The notes beneath the pieces are model-generated. The model was not told the origin of the DNA and made no database searches. It saw nothing but the letters and a program-made list of their open reading frames with translations. 50,453 nt of DNA from Patescibacteria group bacterium (lineage in GTDB: Bacteria > Patescibacteriota > Saccharimonadia > Saccharimonadales > JAUPVS01), in assembly GCA_030916945.1 (NCBI GenBank), contig JAUPVS010000005.1:1-50453 (forward strand), read 5' to 3'. The position numbers and the translations under genes were made by a program. Of the stretch, positions 30,629 through 39,382 are shown one piece after another (position 1 is the stretch's first letter; each line of letters begins with the position of its first letter).

Positions 30629-31120
30629 ATGCCCAAAAACATCTACTTTGACCGCGAATTAACCGCTCTTGAGGTGCGTGATCCACTTCTACAGGCCTGC
30701 CGACAGACGGCTCGTGAGTTTGATTTGTACGCTGGTTTTGTACAGAACCAACAGTCAGCTTTCCCTTACGATCAACGACGCTGGCCGGTCAGTCGACGCA
30801 CCCGTATTGGTAACGGCAAGCACAGAGAATGGAGCGTTCAGTTCCAGCATGAACCGCTCGGTACTAACAGAATAACCAAAGCCGGAAGTATAGTTGTTAG
30901 AAGTCTAGTCGACCCCAGTACGATGCGTTATGGTGGCTTTGAGTACGGCAAATACGGTTCAGACGAACCAACGCCAACCTACCGGCAAATTGACCTCTAT
31001 ACTCCCTCGGAGCTAGGGTTGTGGCGACCACAAGACCCCGACCCCGAGTTATTCGAAGCGGCCGTGGCTGCCATCGAAGCCGAGCTGGCGGTGCCGCCAA
31101 CCTTATTTGATGCTAGCTAG
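30629..31120 (+). CDS. Hypothetical protein (orphan, opposite strand within the carbon cluster)
   Basis: 163-aa ORF filling the gap between tktC and fba, with its own promoter-like sequence. Confidence 0.65.
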   Translation: MPKNIYFDRELTALEVRDPLLQACRQTAREFDLYAGFVQNQQSAFPYDQRRWPVSRRTRIGNGKHREWSVQFQHEPLGTNRITKAGSIVVRSLVDPSTMRYGGFEYGKYGSDEPTPTYRQIDLYTPSELGLWRPQDPDPELFEAAVAAIEAELAVPPTLFDAS

Positions 31121-32087
31121 TTAAGTTATGGGCCGCCAAAGCAATATGCTTGGCTGTTAAACCAAAATGTTCTAGGAGTTCCTTGGGTTCACCTGATTCG
31201 CCAAAGTGATCCTTCATTCCCAGGCGCTGGACTGGTACCGGATGATGTTCACTTAAGAATTCGGCGATAGCACCACCCAAGCCACCGGCAATCTGACCTT
31301 CTTCGACCGTGATAACGCTGCCAGTTTTTTGGGCACTAGCCAAAATGGTGGCGCCATCAAGCGGCTTGATTGTTGGGCAATGCACTACCTCGGCATCAAT
31401 ACCGTCTTTAAACAGCATCTCGGCAGCTGCTAGTGCCTGAAAGGTCATCGTACCGGTGGCAACAATGGTCAGATGCTTGCCTTCGCTTAAAACATAGGCC
31501 TTACCAATTTCGAAGGGTGTATCTTTGGTGGTAAACACCGGTGTGGCTTCGCGGGCTAGCCGCATATAATTCGGGCGTTTGTCGGCCGCCATGGCCAAGG
31601 TAGCTTTTTCGGCCTCAACGCTATCGCCCGGGGCAAGTACGACCATATTAGGCAGCACGCGCATTAGGGCCAGGTCTTCTAGCATCTGGTGGGTGGCACC
31701 GTCTTTGCCGGTATACAAGCCAGCGTGCGAGCCAATAATCTTGACGGGGCGGTCGTTTAAGCAAATCGTGGTGCGAATCTGCTCCCAGTTACGACCCGGG
31801 CTAAAGGCCGCGTAGCTACTAACAAACGGTATCTTGCCCATGGCAGCCAGGCCGGAACCAACCGTGACCAAGTTCTGCTCGGCCACGCCAATTTCGATAA
31901 ACCGTTCCGGAAAAGCTTCTTTAAACGGTGCCATCTGAGTCGATTCGGTTAGGTCGGCACAGGCACCAACGACGTCTTCGCTAGTTTGGCCAGCCGCCAA
32001 TAAACCGCGGCCAAAGCCCTTACGGGTTGGCTCCATGTCGAACTCATCCTTCAAGTAGTCTTTAGCAACCAGATGCATACTACTCAT
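31113..32087 (-). CDS. Transketolase, C-terminal (pyrimidine-binding) subunit
   Basis: ADL..ST, FPERF.E.GVAEQN, G.DGATHQ..ED, YMRL.R, TIKPLD and D.FGESG motifs. Probable start ATG 32087. Confidence 0.93.
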   Translation of the reverse strand: MSSMHLVAKDYLKDEFDMEPTRKGFGRGLLAAGQTSEDVVGACADLTESTQMAPFKEAFPERFIEIGVAEQNLVTVGSGLAAMGKIPFVSSYAAFSPGRNWEQIRTTICLNDRPVKIIGSHAGLYTGKDGATHQMLEDLALMRVLPNMVVLAPGDSVEAEKATLAMAADKRPNYMRLAREATPVFTTKDTPFEIGKAYVLSEGKHLTIVATGTMTFQALAAAEMLFKDGIDAEVVHCPTIKPLDGATILASAQKTGSVITVEEGQIAGGLGGAIAEFLSEHHPVPVQRLGMKDHFGESGEPKELLEHFGLTAKHIALAAHNLTS

Positions 32088-32934
32088 GTTCGCTCCTAAT
32101 TTTGCCACCTAAGGTCCGTAGCTCGTGCAGGGCTTTCTTGGCTTGCTCATGATTGGGTGGAGAGCCGTGCCAGTGGAAGTCATATTCCATAAAGTCGACG
32201 CCCTTACCGGGGACGGTGTGGGCGATAATAATCACTGGTTTTTCAACAATCGCTCGGGCCATGGCGGCGGCGTCAATGATCGCTTCCATATTATTGCCGT
32301 CAATTTCAATAACATGCCAGCCAAAGGCTTCCCATTTGGCTTTAAGGTTCTCGAGCGGCATGACTGACTCGGTTGGCCCATCAATCTGAATATTATTGCG
32401 GTCAAGGATGGCAATGATGTTATTGAGCTTGTATTTAGAGGCCAGCATGGCGGCTTCCCAGATGTTGCCCTCGTCCAATTCGCCATCGCCCATCACCACA
32501 TAGACCCAGCGATAGAAATCTTTATTCATACGCATGGCTAGAGCCATTCCGGCGGCCTGGCTGAGGCCGCAGCCCAATGGTCCGCTAGTGTTCTCGAGGC
32601 CGGGTAGCCTGGTGCGTTCCGGGTGACCTTGCAGGCGTGAACCAAAGGCACGCAGCGTCATTAGCTCTTTCTTATCAAAGTAGCCGGCTTCGGCCATGGC
32701 AGCGTACTGAACCGGCACACAGTGGCCATTACTTAGCAGCAGCATGTCACGCTGGCTCCAGTTGGGCTTAGCCGGGTCGTGTTTGAGGATATCAAAATAC
32801 AAGGCAGTAAAAATATCAGCCAAACCAAGCGGACCGGCGCTATGGCCGCTACCAGCCTGTTCGAGCATGCTAATAATATCCTCACGGATGGTATTGGCCT
32901 TGAGCTCCAGCTCTTGAATGGTTAGTTTTGGCAT
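32080..32934 (-). CDS. Transketolase, N-terminal (TPP-binding) subunit
   Basis: SGH, RD...LS.GH, LQGHP, SGPLG.GLS.A.G and GDGELDEG...N TPP motifs. Confidence 0.93.
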   Translation of the reverse strand: MPKLTIQELELKANTIREDIISMLEQAGSGHSAGPLGLADIFTALYFDILKHDPAKPNWSQRDMLLLSNGHCVPVQYAAMAEAGYFDKKELMTLRAFGSRLQGHPERTRLPGLENTSGPLGCGLSQAAGMALAMRMNKDFYRWVYVVMGDGELDEGNIWEAAMLASKYKLNNIIAILDRNNIQIDGPTESVMPLENLKAKWEAFGWHVIEIDGNNMEAIIDAAAMARAIVEKPVIIIAHTVPGKGVDFMEYDFHWHGSPPNHEQAKKALHELRTLGGKIRSEHE

Positions 32935-32939
32935 TGTTT

Positions 32940-33572
32940 TTATTTCCCTAGCTTCTTCTTAAGTGTAGCATAAGCGGCAGCTGGATTCGAGGCTTTTTGA
33001 ATGGCTCCGCCGACATTTAAAACATCGATGCCGCCAGCCGCTAACAAATGAATATTATTCTCGTTAACGCCGCCATCCCAACCGATCTCTAGGCTGGGCT
33101 TAAGCTGCTTTAAGGCCTGGGCCTTAATCAGTAAATTAAGGTCGGCGGTGCCACCAAACTTACCAAGCTCACCACTAAAGATCAAGACATGATCGATATA
33201 CTCCAGGGCTGGCTTAATGGCGCTGGCTGGCGTTTCCGGCAATAGCGCCACACCCACCTTAACTTTGAGTTTGCGCAGAATCTTGGCAAAGGCCACAAAG
33301 TTACCATCGGCTTCGGCATGAACAATTACCATATGAACCTTAGCCTGGACAATCTGCCGCATCCACTTAGTGGGATCTTGGTACATCAGGTGCAAGTCAA
33401 CCAGCAAGCCGGGCGGCCAGCTAATTTCTTCTAAAGAAACTGTCTTGGTGGGCGCAAAGACTCCATCGGTTAGATCAATCTGAACCCGCTTGGCCAGACC
33501 CTTGACCCGTTTTAACTGAGCCTGATAGGTCGAAAGGTCTTTGGCGAGTATTGTGGGACAAACTAGCGCCAT
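32940..33572 (-). CDS. rpe: Ribulose-phosphate 3-epimerase
   Basis: PTILA, ID..DG.F.P, DLHLM, VHAE, G.A..PETP, DGGVN and G.AI motifs. Probable start ATG 33572. Confidence 0.88.
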   Translation of the reverse strand: MALVCPTILAKDLSTYQAQLKRVKGLAKRVQIDLTDGVFAPTKTVSLEEISWPPGLLVDLHLMYQDPTKWMRQIVQAKVHMVIVHAEADGNFVAFAKILRKLKVKVGVALLPETPASAIKPALEYIDHVLIFSGELGKFGGTADLNLLIKAQALKQLKPSLEIGWDGGVNENNIHLLAAGGIDVLNVGGAIQKASNPAAAYATLKKKLGK

Positions 33573-33582
33573 CCGGTTACCT

Positions 33583-34032
33583 CTAGCCAAGCTCGTCAAG
33601 CTGTTTAATTCGACGCGAAAAGCGATCGGCTCCCAAGAATGGTGTTTTGAGCCAGACTTCTACCAACTCAATCACCTGATTAAAGTCGGTCAGCTCGTGC
33701 GATGGCAAGCACATGACGTTACTGTCACTGTCGTTGCGAGCGGCCCGGGCTTCGTTCCCGTTCCAGATTAAGCTAGCGCGCACGCCTTTAAAGCGGTTGG
33801 CGGCCATGCACATACCCTGACCACTGCCACAGATTAGAATCGCTTTGGCTTCGGGGTCGCCGCTACCTAGCAACGACTTGGCGGCCTGAGAGGCAAACTG
33901 CGTAAAGTCGTCATTGGGGTCCAGCGTGGCGTTACCGGCTTCGACCACTTCGTAACCGCGAGTCTGGAGATACTCCATTAACTTGCCCTTTAGTTCAAAT
34001 CCGTTATGGTCGGCACCAATAAATATCTTCAT
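33583..34032 (-). CDS. rpiB: Ribose-5-phosphate isomerase B
   Basis: IGADH.GF.LK, ICGSGQGM.MAANR..GVRA, AR...DSNV and F....R..RR motifs. Confidence 0.93.
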   Translation of the reverse strand: MKIFIGADHNGFELKGKLMEYLQTRGYEVVEAGNATLDPNDDFTQFASQAAKSLLGSGDPEAKAILICGSGQGMCMAANRFKGVRASLIWNGNEARAARNDSDSNVMCLPSHELTDFNQVIELVEVWLKTPFLGADRFSRRIKQLDELG

Positions 34033-34036
34033 AGGT

Positions 34037-35077
34037 TTACTCGTGATGGCTGCTATGGTCTTCTTTTTTATGGAGAATTCGGCCAGTGTCGGCGACGACT
34101 TCGACCAAGCGGTTACTGTAGCCCCATTCGTTATCGTACCAGGCTACCACTTTAAGCATGTTGTCACCCACCACGGCGGTTAACTTGGCATCAACTATAG
34201 CCGAGTGGCTATTGCCAACAAAGTCTTTGCTAACCAGCTCTTCTTCAGTAATGTCCAGTATACCTTGGTAGAAGGGTTCCTTGGCGGCTTTCTTGAAGGC
34301 AGCGTTAACCAGTTCGGGTGTGACCGGCTTTTTGGTAATGATCACAAAGTCACTTAGGCTGACCACTGGGGTAGGAACACGAATCGATAAGCCTCCAAAG
34401 ACACCCTGTAAGGCGGGTAAGGCTTTGGCAGCGGCAATTGAGGCACCAGTGGTCGTAGGAACAATGTTTTCGGCAGCATTGCGGGCTTCGCGCAAGTCTT
34501 TGGCCGGAGCGTCCTGCAGTTTTTGGCTGGCTGTGTAGCTGTGCACGGTAGTCATCATGGCTTTTTCGATGCCAAAGTTACTTTCGATCACGGCTGCTAC
34601 TGGAGTAATACAGTTAGTGGTACAAGAGGCGTTACTAATGACGTCTTCGGCACTATCCAGCTCGTCTTCGTTAACACCCAACACGATGGTTGTAGCGCCT
34701 TCGCCCTTGGCAGGGGCGCTTAGAACAACTTTTTTGGCGCCGGCATTAATGTGCGCCTTGGCCTTGGCTGGATCAACAAAGAATCCTGTTGACTCAATTA
34801 CAACATCTACCTTGTGCTCTTTCCAGGGCAGCAAAGCTGGGTCGGTCTGGGCAAACACCGGGATCTTCTTGCCATCAACAATAAGGTTGGTTTCGTCACA
34901 AGATACCTTATGATCGTAGGTACCATAGTTACTGTCGTGCTTGAGCAGATGAGCCAATGTTTTTGTATCGGTTAAGTCGTTAACCGCAATAATTTCGATG
35001 TCCGAACGATCAAACGCTACTTTAAACGCATTGCGACCGATACGACCAAACCCGTTGATTGCCACCCGTGTTTTCAT
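34037..35077 (-). CDS. gap: Type I glyceraldehyde-3-phosphate dehydrogenase
   Basis: INGFGRIGR, SNASCTTNC, RVPTP.VS and WYDNEWGYSNR motifs. Confidence 0.98.
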   Translation of the reverse strand: MKTRVAINGFGRIGRNAFKVAFDRSDIEIIAVNDLTDTKTLAHLLKHDSNYGTYDHKVSCDETNLIVDGKKIPVFAQTDPALLPWKEHKVDVVIESTGFFVDPAKAKAHINAGAKKVVLSAPAKGEGATTIVLGVNEDELDSAEDVISNASCTTNCITPVAAVIESNFGIEKAMMTTVHSYTASQKLQDAPAKDLREARNAAENIVPTTTGASIAAAKALPALQGVFGGLSIRVPTPVVSLSDFVIITKKPVTPELVNAAFKKAAKEPFYQGILDITEEELVSKDFVGNSHSAIVDAKLTAVVGDNMLKVVAWYDNEWGYSNRLVEVVADTGRILHKKEDHSSHHE

Positions 35078-35152
35078 GTTTGTCTGTACCCTCTTTAACC
35101 ATTAGTAGTTCTAAGGGCTATTGTATCTGGTGTTGAGACTAGGCGCAAGCGG

Positions 35153-35575
35153 TTAGGCGGCCAGGTCCATGAGGTCATGCTGCTGAATGTACTGTAACAA
35201 CCGCTTATGACGGTCGTCTTCCATTTGCTCCAGCGCCTCGTTGAGCGTCATCCACTCAAAAGACTCGTGCTCGGGACTTACTTGAACACCGGTATCTTTT
35301 ACTTTGGCAACAAAGAATAGCCAGGTGGTCGGCGTGTCATTACGCAAACCACTTTCGGCAAAGACCAGCTTTATGTCGGTTGCTTTAACCTGCAGATTTG
35401 CTTCTTCTTGAACCTCACGCTGGGCGGCTTCAATAAAGTCTTCGCCTTCATCAACAATTCCGCCAGCCGTATCGAGTTCGCCTGGCCGATACGGTGCCGA
35501 CTTACTACGGCGCAGCATTAGGGTTTTGCCGTCCTCACGAAACAGAACGACTTTAGCACCAACAATTGTTTTCAT
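35153..35575 (-). CDS. Nudix hydrolase
   Basis: Nudix box GGIVDEGEDFIEAAQREVQEEANL; SPEH..F.W. Confidence 0.9.
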   Translation of the reverse strand: MKTIVGAKVVLFREDGKTLMLRRSKSAPYRPGELDTAGGIVDEGEDFIEAAQREVQEEANLQVKATDIKLVFAESGLRNDTPTTWLFFVAKVKDTGVQVSPEHESFEWMTLNEALEQMEDDRHKRLLQYIQQHDLMDLAA

Positions 35576-36216
35576 TAATTCCCTTTTTTAACGATTATGC
35601 GAATCAGGTTGCGGACGCCAATGGCGCGATCTTTATAGGTTTCGCCCCGATTATCTATAGCCAGCGGATTGAACTCATGGCTCAACTCTTTGGCAGTGTC
35701 AACATCCAGAAAACGTTTTTCGATTTCGTTAATCTTGTAATAGTTTTGCTCGATTTCTTCACCCTCGCCGCATTCCGAGTCATCTGTACTGTTACATAAG
35801 GCACTCAAGACTCCTCCCGGTGTCAAAATACGCTTGATCTCGGCGAAGATTTGCTTGGTCGTGGCCATGTCAAAGTAATGTAAGCTAAGGTTGGCATGGA
35901 CTACGTCAAAAGATTCAGACGAGAGTTCTGAAAGCTCACGAACATCCAGTTTTTTAAGCTCGACTCGCACACCCTCACTGGCTGCTTCTTCATTGATAGT
36001 CGGAAATAAATCATCAATGAAGTCGGTCATAGTAACTTTATAGCCTTCTTGGGCTAGCCAGAGGCCATCATTGCCGGTGCCGGTTCCAATTTCTAAAACT
36101 CTAGCGTTAGTGGGATAGAACTTAACAGCTTCCTGTACGAACAACGATGGCTGGCCAGCCCAGTCGGCATCGTTGTATTTGCTAAGCTTTTTAGCCCAAT
36201 ACGCGGCCTTACTCAT
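35575..36216 (-). CDS. Class I SAM-dependent methyltransferase
   Basis: VLEIGTGTG, FDVV....SLHY and L.PGG motifs. Confidence 0.88.
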   Translation of the reverse strand: MSKAAYWAKKLSKYNDADWAGQPSLFVQEAVKFYPTNARVLEIGTGTGNDGLWLAQEGYKVTMTDFIDDLFPTINEEAASEGVRVELKKLDVRELSELSSESFDVVHANLSLHYFDMATTKQIFAEIKRILTPGGVLSALCNSTDDSECGEGEEIEQNYYKINEIEKRFLDVDTAKELSHEFNPLAIDNRGETYKDRAIGVRNLIRIIVKKGN

Positions 36217-36744
36217 CTATTTACTAAAGCGCTCTTGGCATTCTTTAATGATTTCGATGGCTTTGGCTTTGTCGCCCCAACCCAATACTTTGGTTGAACC
36301 GGGTTTTTTGAGATCTTTGTAATGGGTAAAGTGGTGAACAATCTGTTCTTTCCAGCGTTCGCCCAGGTCATCAAGGGTCTTAATCATACCGCCGTTGTTA
36401 CGGTCATCAGCCGGTACCACTACAACTTTATGGTCCATCTCGCTGTCGTCCTCAAATTCGAGTACACCCAAAACGTTTACCTCTAGGTAAATACCGGTTG
36501 GTAGCGGTTCTTCGGTTACGATAAGTGTATCCAGCTCATCGCCGTCATCGTCTAGGGTTTGTGGGATAAAGCCATAGTTACAGGGCTTAGAAAAAATAAC
36601 TGGCTCAACGCGGTCGAGCATAAAGGCCGCCCGTTTGCGGTCCCACTCGATCTTAAGGGTCGAACCCTTCGAAATCTCAACTACAGTATTAATAACACCG
36701 CTATCAACATCGCCGGTCTCAAGTACTTTATTGAAGTCTGGCAT
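36217..36744 (-). CDS. ppa: Family I inorganic pyrophosphatase
   Basis: VVEI.KG...K.E, LDR, P.NYGFIPQTL.DDGDELD, D.K and F..YKDL motifs. Start ATG 36744 with SD GAGG. Confidence 0.93.
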   Translation of the reverse strand: MPDFNKVLETGDVDSGVINTVVEISKGSTLKIEWDRKRAAFMLDRVEPVIFSKPCNYGFIPQTLDDDGDELDTLIVTEEPLPTGIYLEVNVLGVLEFEDDSEMDHKVVVVPADDRNNGGMIKTLDDLGERWKEQIVHHFTHYKDLKKPGSTKVLGWGDKAKAIEIIKECQERFSK

Positions 36745-36796
36745 CGGTAAATTCCTCGCTTTCTGGGTGATATTGTACACTAGGAGTGAGCACAAC

Positions 36797-37474
36797 ATGA
36801 AAAAAGTTATTGGGCACCGCGGTGCGGCCGGCACGGCCTTAGAAAATTCGGAATCGGCAATTCGTCAGGCCGTCGCTTCGGGCACCGAAGTTTTAGAGGT
36901 CGACGTTCGCTTATCGCGCGACAAAAAATTGGTGGTCTGCCACGACGCCAATCTCGAAACCATGGCCAATAACAGCAGCAAAATCCGTCAGCACAACTGG
37001 GCCGACCTGCAAAAAATCGTCCTGCGCGATGGTTCACAGCTCCTATTACTAGAAGATGTCTTAAAGATCGTCGGCCAAAAAGCCCAGCTAATTATTGAAC
37101 TAAAGGACCTGGGCAGCGAACACAGCCTGGTAGCTGCCCTCGACGCCTTTCCTAAGGCCCAGGTAGCGATTGCCTCGTTTAAACGCCCCGTTTTACTAGC
37201 GGTACGCAAACTACGCCCTAAACTACCTTTATACGTGCTAGAGCACACAAAGTCACTCGACGCCATCCAGTTTGCCAAGCGCGAGAAGCTACAAGGTATT
37301 GGCTTGAACTTTTGGCTACTGAGCCCGCACACCTACTACCAAGCCCGCCGCGCGGGCTTAGGCATCTACGCCTATACCGTCAACAGCCGCTTTCTAGCCT
37401 GGTTCATTCACCTGTTCTACCCGCAGGTAATCATCTGCAGCGACCACCCGGAACGTTTTAGCAGTAAGGGATAA
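36797..37474 (+). CDS. Glycerophosphodiester phosphodiesterase family protein
   Basis: IGHRG....ENS, E.DV.LS.D...VV.HD, IELK, YTVN and SD.P motifs. Start ATG 36797 with SD AGGAG. Confidence 0.9.
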   Translation: MKKVIGHRGAAGTALENSESAIRQAVASGTEVLEVDVRLSRDKKLVVCHDANLETMANNSSKIRQHNWADLQKIVLRDGSQLLLLEDVLKIVGQKAQLIIELKDLGSEHSLVAALDAFPKAQVAIASFKRPVLLAVRKLRPKLPLYVLEHTKSLDAIQFAKREKLQGIGLNFWLLSPHTYYQARRAGLGIYAYTVNSRFLAWFIHLFYPQVIICSDHPERFSSKG

Positions 37475-38018
37475 AAGCCGCAAGAATACGTTTAGAGTTT
37501 ATCTTTTCCCTGGTAGCGGTATTCTCAAAACTAAGCGATATCCACTTATTGTTACTTACGTTTTTTAATTCTATGAACGTCATGTATGGATTTGTTTGCA
37601 GCCAACTCCTGCTAAAAGTTCCCTCACCCGGCGATGCTATGTCTGCGCTATCTGACTGAATAATAGTAGCCAATGCTATGTATTTTTTTCCGTCAGAAGG
37701 GCGTATTAAGTTTAAAGAGTGCGGATAGGTAACAATCCCGATGACACTACTCCCCTTTCGGCAAATGGCCATTCGCACCCCGTTAGCGGGAAAATTTCCC
37801 TGAGAGTAATCCTGCGCGCGCAAGCTAAAAGCTGCTGCCTTAGCCTTAACATCACGCTCCTGCATTTTGGTATAGATCATAGTGCCAGTAAAAACAACGA
37901 CTAGTACAACCGTCAAACCGACCAGTACTTGCAGCAGGCGGGGTTTACGATTACTAACGTTGGCGGTTTTGGCTTTAGAAACTGGTTTTTTGGGTGTTGC
38001 TTTGGGCATTTCTTTCAT
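37458..38018 (-). CDS. Exported hypothetical protein, paralog 2 of a tandem pair
   Basis: Basic N-terminus, one TM, ERDVKAKAAAFSLRAQDY...NGVRMAICRK...IPYC-stop; SD AAGGAG. Confidence 0.75.
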   Translation of the reverse strand: MKEMPKATPKKPVSKAKTANVSNRKPRLLQVLVGLTVVLVVVFTGTMIYTKMQERDVKAKAAAFSLRAQDYSQGNFPANGVRMAICRKGSSVIGIVTYPHSLNLIRPSDGKKYIALATIIQSDSADIASPGEGTFSRSWLQTNPYMTFIELKNVSNNKWISLSFENTATREKINSKRILAAFIPYC

Positions 38019-38028
38019 CTCTCCTTAG

Positions 38029-38613
38029 TTAGCAGTTTGGTATATACAGCGCGTTAATCCAGCCACTATTTATTCGCGACACCGATACGGTGTTGTTACT
38101 AGCAGTGGCGACGTAAGTTAGTCTAATCCATTGTGTGTTCGGCACGCCACTGCGCGTAGTGAAGTTTATGGCATCCTTGCCGGAGTTGAACCAGTCTTTT
38201 GACGAAGTCACCAGAATGGCTTTGTTAGGGTCGGTCGGCACGGCATTCTCGGCGGCAATCTGCACAATTTGAGCCTGAGAATTCCAGAAATAGAGCAGTA
38301 CCGGCCGGCTCACGATGGCAACAATTGTAGATCTAGAAGAGCTTTCGGCTTTCTTGCAAACTGCCATCCTTACGCCATTACCAGGCAGTTGTTTGGCTTC
38401 ATAATCTTGTGGTCGCAAGGTAAAGGCGGCTGCTTTGGCCTTGGCATCACGTTCTGTATATTTGGTATAGACAAGAGTCCCTAGGGCAGTTAGAGCAAAT
38501 ACAGCCAGTAACACGGCAATTATCTTTATTGCCAGTGATTGCTGTTTTTTAAGATTAGCAACTTTGGCCGACGGAGCGGCTTTTTTGGTTGAACGTTTGG
38601 CGGTTTTGGCCAT
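38029..38613 (-). CDS. Exported hypothetical protein, paralog 1 of a tandem pair
   Basis: Basic N-terminus, one TM, ERDAKAKAAAFTLRPQDY...NGVRMAVCKK...IPNC-stop; SD AAAGGA. Confidence 0.75.
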   Translation of the reverse strand: MAKTAKRSTKKAAPSAKVANLKKQQSLAIKIIAVLLAVFALTALGTLVYTKYTERDAKAKAAAFTLRPQDYEAKQLPGNGVRMAVCKKAESSSRSTIVAIVSRPVLLYFWNSQAQIVQIAAENAVPTDPNKAILVTSSKDWFNSGKDAINFTTRSGVPNTQWIRLTYVATASNNTVSVSRINSGWINALYIPNC

Positions 38614-38646
38614 ATGGTATCCTTTTTATTTTTGAGCTTTAAGTTG

Positions 38647-38675
38647 ATGTTACTGTTTTATGATGCTTATGTCAA
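38647..38675 (-). promoter_or_regulatory. Near-consensus sigma70 promoter of the paralog pair
   Basis: TTGACA (38675-38670), 17-nt spacer, TAACAT (38652-38647). Confidence 0.65.
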
Positions 38676-38705
38676 TGCAGGCGGGCATGCCTTATACTAG
38701 CCGTT

Positions 38706-39380
38706 ATGCAAATACAACTCGTAAGAACCGAACCAGTCGCCCAAAACATTCAGTCTTTCTTGTTTAAGCCAACGGCAGCGGTTGGTTACACGGCTGGGCA
38801 GTTCATACAAATGACCCTACCCCACCACAATCCCGACGACCGTGGTATTAAGCGCTGGTTCACATTATCCTCGTCGCCGACTCAAGAACTACTTAGTATC
38901 ACCACCAAATTTGCCGGCGACGCTAGCAGCAGTTTTAAAAAAGAACTGTTCAGCCTGCAGCCAGGTGATTCTGTAGAAATTAACAGTCCCGAAGGCGATT
39001 TTGTATTACCAAGCGACCCTGGCACCGAACTACTGTTTGTGGCCGGCGGCATGGGCATTACACCTTACCACAGTATGGTGCAATGGCTAGCCGACAGTGG
39101 CGAAAAACGGAACATCACACTCTTATACGGTGTCCAAACTAAAGAAGAACTGGCCTTTACCGAGTTATTCACCAGCTACGGCGTTAACTTTAAGCCGCTG
39201 ATTGGTGAACGGCTTACTACCGATATGATTATGAAAGAAGCTGCCGGCAAATTGGTGTACGTGTCTGGCCCAGAGCCAATGGTCGAAGCCCTTAACGACA
39301 GCCTAATTGCCGGCGGGTTACCAGACGAGCGTCTTAAAACCGACTACTTCCCGGGCTACCAGAACAACTACAGCGCCTGA
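38706..39380 (+). CDS. FAD-dependent oxidoreductase, ferredoxin-NADP reductase-like
   Basis: Y.AGQF, RWFTLSSSP, P.GDF, FVAGGMGITP and YVSGPEPMV motifs. Confidence 0.88.
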   Translation: MQIQLVRTEPVAQNIQSFLFKPTAAVGYTAGQFIQMTLPHHNPDDRGIKRWFTLSSSPTQELLSITTKFAGDASSSFKKELFSLQPGDSVEINSPEGDFVLPSDPGTELLFVAGGMGITPYHSMVQWLADSGEKRNITLLYGVQTKEELAFTELFTSYGVNFKPLIGERLTTDMIMKEAAGKLVYVSGPEPMVEALNDSLIAGGLPDERLKTDYFPGYQNNYSA

Positions 39381-39382
39381 GG

